This document shows positions 1-10,049 of a DNA stretch of 64,000 nucleotides, one piece after another. The DNA lies in assembly GCA_024679065.1 (NCBI GenBank), contig JAGIQG010000003.1, forward strand, positions 28,334,001 to 28,398,000. Reading direction: 5' to 3'. This stretch comes from Sphyrna mokarran. Its lineage: Eukaryota. The notes below the pieces were generated by a model that did not search any database, was not told the DNA's origin, and worked only from the letters and a program-made list of their open reading frames with translations. How positions within the stretch are numbered: the first letter of the stretch is position 1; every line of letters starts with the position of its first letter. Made by a program: the position numbers and the translations under genes.

Positions 1-1255
1 ATAGAACACCAGGCGGGAAACTGGGCCAATCAGAAGAGTGGGTGTACTGGATGCAGAGCATCTTCAGTTGGAACTAGAGAGGTGCTTATGTTTGGTCAGA
101 TCCTTAATATCGTTATATTAGTTTAATAAACCCATTGTTTGGAACCACACGGAGTTGCCTCCAGTTATTCCAGTTTATTAAATAGCCTTTGAAAACAGAT
201 AATTGCTTTTGTTTCCTGGAGGTGTCTTACTTTTAGGTTATAACCAAGACTTGCAGATAAAAATTCCAGATCATGACAGAGACTGAATACTCAGATATAT
301 AGATGCTGGGAAGATCAGATGTATGAATTTCACTGGACCACCAAAGGATCTGGGCACAAACATATTAAGTGGATTGGTGGAGATATTAGATATTGGCAAA
401 ACACTTGCTCCCTTTTAGCAAATATGAGATATTCACAATTGGGCATGGTGACATGCTTCCTTTTGGATTATTAGCAGGCAACATAATTATTTACACCATA
501 AATGTGCAGAAGGAGAGTGTGTAGTGTTGTACAAACAAAATGGCACCATTTATTTTGATGTTGGCCTGGCACTCTCTATTAATCTATGTCAAGTCTTGTC
601 ATCTAGATTACTTAAGAGGAGAGAGACAACATAGGTATTTATTTAAAATCTAATTTTTAAAATATTTTTAAATCTTCAACAAAAAATTAAAGTGAAGGAA
701 TGAGATTCCACATTTATGAACATTATCTTTTAGTTTCACTGTAGTCACTTGATAGTAATTTAGATTTACCATGCCATTAAAATTTAATAACATTGGAATG
801 GACAAGCCCTAACTTTTTCTGATGAACTGTCATTTACTGCCTAAGTAAAGAAACTTCACATTCTTGTGTGTATTTCAATAGCACACCTCTTGACAAATGG
901 CAGCTTCAGGCAGAGCAGGGCAAGTTTGTCTGCAATTTCTTGATCTCCACATTTAGTGCTCATGTGTGGCCAGTGAAGATTGATTCCTATTTACACCTAA
1001 ATAACAATGAGTGCTGTTTGTCTCTGTTTTTTCAATAGCAAAATATAGTTGTCTGAATGTTCCCCAAAGTGAACTCTTGTAAAAAAAATTAATAGTTTTT
1101 CTTTCTTCAAGTTGTTGAGCTGTGATTATATTGAGATCTAATATTATAATCCTCAGTATATTAAATTTATTCTGCTAGATTAATAGTATTGCCCATTATA
1201 CTCAATATTGACTTATTTATTGGTGTTAAATATGTTAATGTTCAAATAGTGGTCA

Positions 1256-1580
1256 TGATGTAGAGATGCCGGCGTTGGACTGGGGTAGTAAGAACTCAGT
1301 AAGAATTTAGCAACACCAATTTTAAATCCAACCGATTTATTTGATAGTAAATTTGCGAGCTTTCGACACTCTGTGTCTTTGTCAGGCAGAAGAACATTCA
1401 GTAAGAATTTAGCAACACCAATTTTAAATCCAACCGATTTATTTGATAGTAAATTTGCGAGCTTTCGACACTCTGTGTCTTTGTCAGGCAAAGACACAGA
1501 GTGTCGAAAGCTCGCAAATTTACTATCAAATAAATTGGTTGGATTTAAAATTGGTGTTGCTAAATTCTTACTGAATGTTC
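1256..1580 (-). mobile_element. Penelope-like retroelement terminal fragment: tandem plus inverted repeat with hammerhead-like motifs
   Basis: End sequence TGATGTAGAGATGCCGGCGTTGGACTGGGGT; 93-bp direct repeat (1296-1388, 1398-1490); 92-bp inverted repeat (1392-1483 / 1489-1580, one mismatch); flanking AATGTTCAAATA duplicated at 1237-1248 and 1574-1585. Confidence 0.75.
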
Positions 1581-1666
1581 AAATACATAGACTGTACTTT
1601 TACAAAATATTAAAAATGTAATTTTCAACAACTGACATCAGACATAGAAGAAGTTATTATTTTTCT

Positions 1667-2020
1667 TTATTCTTTCATGGAGTGAAACTGCATAGAGTGT
1701 CACTGGTAAGGCCAGCATTTGTTGCCCATCCCTAATTCCCCTTGAAGTTCTTGTTAAGAGTCAACCACATTGTTGTGGTTTGAAGTCAAATGCAGACTAG
1801 ACAAAGTGAGGATGGCAGTTTACTTCCTTAACGGAGATTAATGGATTGGATATATTTTTGCAACAATTGGAAATAATTACCATTACTGAGACCAGTTTTC
1901 AATTCCTGACTTTTGCTCTTTAAAATTGAATTTAAATTCTACCAGTAGCCATACAGGGAGTTGAACCCATTTTCCAGAGACCTCTGGAGTACCAAGCTAG
2001 CTATATTACCACCATCACCC
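1667..2020 (-). mobile_element. tRNA-derived SINE with LINE-derived tail
   Basis: B-box-like GGGTTCAACTCCC on the - strand near 1957-1969. The tail ATTAGGGATGGGCAACAAATGCTGGCCTTACCAGTGA (- strand) matches the 3' end of the LINE fragment at about 6770-6810. Confidence 0.6.
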
Positions 2021-3384
2021 CAACATGGTTCTGGGAGATGAATTTAAGAAGAAAAGGATGTGCTGGATGCTGATGAGCATTGAACACATTGTCAGATTAA
2101 ATTGGCATTTGTCCAAATTGGTGCCTTCGTGAAGCTAACCCCGGAACTCTGTTTACTTTTGCAACCTACAATTGAAACCTGCAATTCAGGATTATTAAAC
2201 TGGATATCAGAGATTGTGTTGAGGTCAGTTTAGTATCAAACCAATCTCCACACGGCATTTCTAACCATGGCATTAGTTGTTTTAGAAATCAGCATTAAAT
2301 GGTGTGTCTCAAAAGTACAGAAATGTAACCTGGACAATGAAGCAGTTTTAGCAAAGTTCAGTGGAACCCTTGTGCTTTTTATGGTTGGATTTATTTAATT
2401 AACAATAAATCATTTTGACTTGCGTTATCAGCACCAAAATGAACACTGTGAAGGCAGTAAAAGTATGTTTAACTTATTTATGGTTTGGAGAGGTTAATTT
2501 AAAAACACAAATGTACAACATTAACAAAAATGATTTTGAGTAAATTTAGCTTCAATAAATTTACAATGACACTTAGGTATTTGTACTTTATTGTTATAAC
2601 AAATACCATTCAAAAAACAACCCTCCATCAATGTTCTCTTTGTGGGGCCTGCATCACTGACATTTTCAAGAACATGTCTGAGCAATGAGCTGAGTGCAAA
2701 CAGGTAGTAGTCGCTGTTTTGCTATTATCGCTCCATTTTATTGGTGCTGTCATTGGAACTTCTAACAGGTGTTCAATATTGTTATTTTATTTGCATTTAG
2801 GTAATTGGTAAAATAACTATGTTATAGTGACAGAGTTGAGCCAAGTGTGTCAATCATTATTACTTGGCAAATGTAATGCAGCAATAACTCTTTGGGCCTT
2901 TTATTGTGCATTCATTATTGAACCTATTTTTGCCTCCATGAATTTGTGTTTCCCTCTTATATTTGGCATCAGCTGCAGTTTGCACTCACTTAATGTTACA
3001 TTGACTTTACTGAAATGAATGATGTGATCCCAGTGGACTCTTACCATCCTGAAGTTATGATGCCATGGATTTACTAAGTTTTATTTATACTGTGAGAACC
3101 AATCAACAGCTTGAGAACTGCACATCTGTCTTTGGCTGTGGTCTTGTTGGGGGAAAGGTATTTTTGACCAACAGCAAATAGAATCTGTTCATAATATTGC
3201 AAAGAAATCACAATATCATTAATATACTTTGTTGAAGGAAATTATGCAATTGAATGTTTAAATATATCTCCTGTCTGTAAGAGCGATTAAATGACAATCC
3301 TCAAGCTTTATCCAATAAAGGTTCAAGCCTGAATGGACTAATTGGTGGATGGGCATTAAATGATCACTAATAGTTCTTGTAATA

Positions 3385-4295
3385 ATCCTTATACAGTGCC
3401 TTTAATGTAATAGAACATCACAAGGTGCTTCACAGGAGTGTTATGTAACAAAATTTGACATCAAACCATTTGATCATATATTAAGGCAGATGATCAAAAA
3501 GAGGACAGAGAGGTGAGAGGATTAGGGAGAGAATTTGAGAGATGAAACTTAGGCAGCTGAAGGCACACTTGCACCGAAGAAGTGATTAAAATTAGGTTGT
3601 GCAAGAAGTCAGAGTTGGACGAACACATAGATCCCTTAGAGGAGATTATAAAAATAAGCTGGATGGGTGGGGGTGGGGTTCAGATGAGACCATTGACGGA
3701 TTTTTAAATGTTAACGGGAACAATGTATGTCAGCAAGCATGGTGCTGATAGGTGAATTAGCCTTTTTGCGAGTTTGTGATTGGGAATTGGGCATGGGCCA
3801 CAGGTTTGCAGAGGCTAGAACAGGAATGCATTCTAACAGTTGAATCTAGAGATAAGAAAGGGATGCATAAACTGAGGGAGCAACAGAGTTGGGTGACACT
3901 GAAGAGGTGAAAATAGATGGTTGTGGTGATGCCATGAGTATACAAACATGTTTGCTTTGGTGTCAAATAGGATAGCAGGATGGCTTCAGCCTTTATGGTT
4001 TCCAAGAAAAGGAAATGAAGTTTGTGACAGAGGATAAAGACAATTACTTAATTCTTCCTAGTATTTAATTGGAGAAAAATTCAATTCATCCCGTATTGGG
4101 CAATCAAATAATTTAGAGACAGTGGGATGGCGTTGGAGTAGAGTTGGATGTCATCAACACACATGTGGAAACTTTTTACAGGTGATGTCACTGAGGGAAG
4201 TGAGTAGATGAGAGATGGAAGGAAGTTAAAGATTGATCCTAAAGACACTAGAGGTTGTGATGTAAGAAGAGGCAAGAGCTATTGCAACTGATTCT
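3385..4295 (-). mobile_element. L2-type LINE 3' fragment, decayed and internally deleted
   Basis: ORF 4081-4275 contains LGSIFNFLPSLIYSLP...SFHMCVDDIQLY, a decayed form of L2 RT QGSxLGPLLFxIYxLP...FHxYADDTQLY; L2-like 3' tail near 3390-3435. Confidence 0.7.
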
Positions 4296-5462
4296 CTGAT
4301 TAGTAAAAATTCAAAAAGAAAAAATTTGTTTGTATGGATTTCAAAAATTATTGAACCTTATTGACGAATGCAAGGGAAAGATACGAGATAATATTCCGGC
4401 TTTTGGCCATTAAAGTACATTAGTTAGCTATGCATTCCTTCACCTGGCATTCAAAATGGTGCCACAGCTTTTAAAATGCAGCAACGCAACTGGAACGAGA
4501 ACTGCCAATCAGAAATTATCTGCTGTTTCAAATCTCAGGAAAGTACTTTATGAATGTAACGTGACACCAGTGGTAGACAGGAATAACCACATTTCAAAAA
4601 TAGTTTGTAAAATATAAAATGCCTTTTTCAGGATGTAGCAACGTTATCTACTCCCAAAGAATCAAACTATTCACAAATTTCAACAAAAGTGATTAAAATG
4701 TTTAAAATATAGTGAATCCCATGGGATTGCAAGAAAGCATTAAAAGCTTTCAAAAGGTGGGAAGTAATATTTAATTAAGTACTCAAATGACAAAAGCAAC
4801 AGAAGAGTCTCAATTCCATTGAAGAAGATATTTGCATGCTTGAAGTAAACCATTTCAAAGCATTTCAAGTTAGCTCCTGAAGAGGAAACTTTATCCTTGG
4901 AGTCCCAACAAACGGGTTAAATATAATTTTTTTTTTCTATAATAAGCAATAAACAGGTACAGAAACTTAAATTGGAAACTGTGGGTATAATGTATTCTTT
5001 AAGAAGTAATAACATTAGCACTTCAAAAGGAATGAAAAAATAAAATTAGTAATGAGAAAAGGCCACTGAGTCCATTTAGTAATTTCCCTGCAGGCATTAA
5101 CTCTTTCTGTAATTATGTATTAATAGATAAATGAGCCACACTTTTCAGAACATAACTTTTAAATATTCCAGAACATCATGAAATATATTACTGTACATAC
5201 ATTTTGTCTCCATAGAGAAGCCACTTTTATCCAATGTATTGCATTCACCCCAAAAGTTATACCCAATCCAGCCACAGAAGAGTCATTGATTAGGAAAAGA
5301 ATGCATAATATGCTACTGATTGGTTGCATATTATCAGATCCAGCTAGGATTTTCTCTGAGATACACAATCATGTGGCAAAGGTGCAACACAAAACACAGA
5401 TAGCACAACTACAAAAGCAATTACTGATTTTTGGATCATAATTTCTCCCTTCAGTATCTCAG

Positions 5463-5890
5463 TATGTGTCAATCATTGGTAGCACTCTTACCTCTGAGTC
5501 AAGAGTGTGGGTTTAAGTCCCACTCTCAGACTTCAACAGAAAAGTTAAATGCTGAGGGTGTTCTACACTTTTGAAGATGTCGTATTTCGCATGTGATGTT
5601 AAACTGAAGTCCTGTTTGCTTTCTCAGGTAGATAAAAATTATCCCATGAAATAGCTTGTAAGAATAGAGTAAAAGAGAAGAGTTTTACTGGTGTCCTGAC
5701 CAATACTTATTCCTTAATCAACATCAAAAATATTATCTGCCCCCTATCACATTGTTGTTTGTGGCAATTCCCAGTGAGCAAATTGGCTGTCATGTTTCCT
5801 ACATTCCAACAGTGAGTAGACTTCAAAAATACTTCATTGGTTGAAAAGTACTTTAGAACATTTTATGATTCTGAATGGCACTGTATAATT
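5463..5890 (+). mobile_element. Deu-domain SINE (SacSINE1/AmnSINE-like), decayed
   Basis: tRNA-like head (GGTAGCACTC...GGGTTTAAGTCCCAC); Deu-like centre GTCGTATTTCGCATGTGATGTTAAAC...ATCCCATG...GGTGTCCTGACCAA; L2-like tail. Confidence 0.6.
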
Positions 5891-6005
5891 TAACACATTC
5901 AGTGAAATTTCTATTGTTGAATTCCCCATTATCAACATTCTTGGGGTTACCAGTGAGCAGAACCTTAATTTGACCAGCTGTATAAATACTGTGGCTACAA
6001 AAGCA

Positions 6006-6240
6006 TGATGTGGACGTGCTGGCGTTGGACTGGGGTAAACACAGCAAGAAGTCTGACAACACCAGGTTTAAGTCCAACCAATTTATTTGATAGTAAACTC
6101 ACAAGCTTTCGGGGTTTCTCCCTCCGTCAAGTGAATGGAGAGGTCTGGCCTCAGACAGAGCATATAACAGCACAGACAGTTTACAGATTACTGATTAGAA
6201 TGCGAGTCTTTACAACTAACCTGCTTTACAACTAACTTAC
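6006..6240 (-). mobile_element. Penelope-like element 3' fragment (related subfamily, no fold-back)
   Basis: TGATGTGGACGTGCTGGCGTTGGACTGGGGTAAACACAG...CAACACCAGGTTTAAGTCCAACC is homologous to the two elements above; degenerate hammerhead-like motif on the - strand at 6099-6134. Confidence 0.65.
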
Positions 6241-6249
6241 AAAAACAGC

Positions 6250-6828
6250 CAGAGACTTGGAATCCTGTGGCAAGTAGCTCACCTCCTGACTCCCCCATCT
6301 TCCCAAGGCCTGTTCGCCATCTACAAGGCACAAGTCAGGAGTGTAATGGATAGCCTCTACTTGCTTGGATGAATGTAACTCCAGCAACACTCAAGAAATT
6401 CAACACTGCACAGGGTAATGCAAACTGTTTGATTGGTACCCATCCACAAACATTCATTTCCTTCACTATCAATGCACAGCAGCACCATCTAAAAGATGCA
6501 CTGCAGGAATTCAACAAGACTCCTTAGATAGCATTTTCCAAATCCATGACTACTATCGTCTGGAAGGTCAAAAGCAGTAGATAGATGGGAACACTACCAC
6601 CTGAAAGTTCCCTTTCTAGCCATTCACCATCCTGACTTAGAACTATATCATTGTTCCTTCACTGTGGCTGGATCAAAATACTGGAATTCCCTTCCTAGCA
6701 GCACCATGGGTATACCTACAACTCATGGACTGCAGTGATTCAAGAGGGCAGCTGAAACCACCAAAGACGATTCGGGTTGGGCAATAAATACTGACCTAGC
6801 CAGCGATGGTCACATCCCATGAATACAT
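6250..6828 (+). mobile_element. CR1/L2-group LINE 3' end
   Basis: Decayed ORF2 end (ATCTACAAGGCACAAGTCAGGAGTGTAATGGA, reading IYKAQVRSVM) and 3' UTR ending GGGCAATAAATACTGACCTAGCCAGCGATGGTCACATCCCATGAAT. Confidence 0.7.
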
Positions 6829-7249
6829 TCTATAATTGAAGTTTTTTTCCTTCAGAAAAGGAAGGAATGCCTACATAAGCAGAACAATCTGGCCTAATCA
6901 CACTCAGATACAGTCTGCCATGCTGAGACTGAAAAATCTTGGAATAATGACAGTTTGATCAGATAGATTGGTTCTTGTGCGCCAATCTAGTGTGAAACCA
7001 ACATGCTAGTTTGTGTTGTTCTTAGGCATATCAATTGAAAGCTCTCAGTTTTCAAAAACACTTTTTCTGAGGTTAGTATCTCTCCAATCCAAAGTACCAC
7101 ACCGGGATGTGCTTCTCATGGATAGTACTTCCCAAGCTGAATAGCCAGTTTTTGAAATCAGTAAATATAAATAATCAAATTTAAGTTCTGTCATTATGTA
7201 TATACAAAAGAAAATAATTTTACACTTTTTTCACTGTTTACCTTATGAC

Positions 7250-8368
7250 AAACTCCCACATAAGAGATTAACATGTACAATTAAAGCACATGGGATTGGA
7301 AGTAGTGTATTGAGATTAATAGAAAGCTGTTTGTCAGACTAGAAACAAAGAGAATGATAACTAGGTCTTTTCCCAAATGGCAGACAGTAACCAATGGAGG
7401 TACAGGAAGGATCAATGCTAGGACCTCAGCAATTCACAATATATACATTAATGATTTAAGTGAGGGAACTACATGTAATGTCTCCAAATTTGTAGATGAC
7501 ACAAAGTTGGATAGGAGGGTTAGCTGTGAGGAGGATACACAGAAGCTTCAGAGCAATTTAGACAAGTTGAGTGAGGTGGTAAATTCATGGCAGATGCAAT
7601 GTAATAAATGTGAGGTATCCACTTTGGTAGCAACAACGGGCTTATTATTATTTAAACAGAAATAGATTGAGAGAAAGGCATGTGCAATGACACATTGGTG
7701 TCCTCATACAGCAGCCACTGAAGGTAAGCAAATGGTAAAGAAGGCAAATTGTATGTTAGCCTTCATCATGAGAGGATTCGAGAACAGGAGCAGGGATGTC
7801 TTCCTGCAATTATTCCTGGCTTTGGTGTGGCTCCACCCAGAATAGTGTGTGCAATTTTGGTCTCCTTATTTGAGGAGAGATATTCTTGCTATAGTGCAGT
7901 GAAAGTTTACCAGACTTATTCCTGGGATGGTGGGACTGATATATGAGGGGAGATTTTGGTTAGGATTATTTTTGCTGGAGTTCAGAAGAATCAAAGGGGA
8001 TCTCATGGAAACCATGTATGATTTTAACAAGATAGAATAGATACAGAAAGGATGTTCCTGATAGTGAGGATGTTCGGAACCAGAAGTCATAATCTAAGGA
8101 TATGGACTAAATCATTTAAGACTAAGATGAGGAAAAGTTTCTTCACCCAGAGAGTAGTGAGCCTGTGGAGTTCTCTACCATAGAAACAGTTGAAATCAAA
8201 GCATTGTAAGGAGGAGGTCTTGGGGCTAAAAGGATCAAAGGATATGGGCAGAAGGCTGAAACAGGCTATTGAGTTAGATGATCAGCCGCACTCATAATGA
8301 ATGACGGAGCAGGCTTGAAGGGTTGGATGGCTTATTCCTGCTCCTATTTTTTTGTTTCAATGTTATGT
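7250..8368 (+). mobile_element. CR1 LINE, 5'-truncated, pseudogenised RT
   Basis: ORF 7354-7665 IYINDLSEG...VSKFVDDTKL...LQSNLDKLSE..NSWQMQCNKC is CR1 RT (FADDTKL motif); CR1 3' tail at about 8300-8368. Confidence 0.9.
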
Positions 8369-10049
8369 ATGTACTATATTAATATACTATGGCAGATATT
8401 ACAAAATTACTGCTTTTGTATATATGACTGTCATTTGAGATTACTATTTCATACAAGTAATTTGGCATTATATTACTGCGCTATATTGATATTTTTCTAC
8501 CTGTAATATTTTCTAGTAAAGGCGACTTATTTTTCTCACTTATATATCCAGTGTCATCTTTGCCAAACCAGTGCAAATCTTTTGACCTCATTTTATAATT
8601 AGAGTTGATTCTTCGATATGTTGTTTGTTCACATAATTCTGTACAGATCCAGATTGTTTGGTCGCGTGTGACATATTTGTGCTTTCTAAATCTTCCGACA
8701 TGAATGTATTCATGCAAGGGTGTTTTAGCTTGTGCCAATTCAAACAGTGCTATAACGCATTTTTAACGTATCAACACATTATTTGAAAAATTACACTCAA
8801 AGCTAAGATGAATTCATGTTATGCCAAACCATTTTGTGATATGTTTAATTAATTTTCAAATCCACTCCTGCCATAGAACTTTGCCCTCTGAAGATAGTTA
8901 GCCTATTATTTTTTAATAATTAATTAATCTTTTGATAAATAACTAGATATATAGCTTTGAAAATGACAGAAGTGTGTAATTTCTCACTAACCAAAAAAAA
9001 AGTGATGTTAAGTGACTCTGAGGTAGCAAATATTACAATCTTCAATCAATTTGACAAGTTGCATTCCACAAGTGACTATTTAACTGCCACAGAAGAGTAG
9101 TTATAATGTTTGGCAAGTACTTAATCCTCTCAGTTTGTCCTTATCCTTACACCTGATATTTAATCAGGCTTTTTTCTTGTTTAAATATTAATCTGGTTAA
9201 TTTCCCAATAAGGAATAATATTTTAATTCATAATTTCCATTGAGGCTTGCTAAGTAGATTAAGCTATAGGACGAAAATTTTATGTGAAAAATAATCCCCC
9301 TTAGGTCTTGGAAAAATATATACAACAGTATTTACGCCTTTATGTTGCATACTTTAATTGATACCAAAAATAACCCTGAAGGAGACCTACCGTTGTGGAC
9401 GTTTTTTTCAGTCAAAATGATTATGTCACCTCTTGACACTACTAACCAGTAGGAAAAAAAACCCTCTTTAATGTTGAAATGCAATTCTTTACCCACACTA
9501 GAATGACCTCTAGGTAACCCACCATTGCATTTCCAGCTAAGTTACGAAAATCAGCAGAACATTGCAAATTTGAACTGTCTGTAAACAAAATGTGGCGAGA
9601 CAAATGGTATGCAGCATAAATAATCTTATTACCCAAAAAAGAACTGCTGGCAGAATCCAACCTGGATTTTAAAAAGCTATTGAAATATCTCCATTGCTGG
9701 AAAGTGCAGAAAAAATGGATCAGAGGCTACATGTGGTGTGAGGCAGCAATGTGCCCCAGTTAGGGGTAGGGCCTTCATGTCATCAGTCCTCAGTGGATAG
9801 TACTTGTGTAAACATGACATTAGAGGGTTCCTTACAACATCAGAGCTCTATTAATACCACAACCTGTCAAGCAAAGGCAGCAACAGCCCCAAAAGTATGA
9901 GGGAATAAATTCCGGAGGGGTGTGAATGGACTATTGTAAGCACTGAAGCTTTAGGAATAGGCAAAACGTGCTGTGCAATGAAGAAACCAAGGCCATTACT
10001 TGACTGTATCATGCAAGCATACCCACTTCCAGAAGGCAGGATATTGCAA

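Noticed and set aside
1-190. Possible LTR 3' end with AATAAA
   Set aside because: Truncated by the window edge; no partner LTR or internal sequence.
1213-1621. ORFs with internally repeated peptides (1213-1497 -, 1373-1621 +) and a superficially CRISPR-like repeat layout
   Set aside because: By-products of the tandem and inverted repeat; eukaryotic DNA, 93-bp units, no unique spacers, no cas genes.
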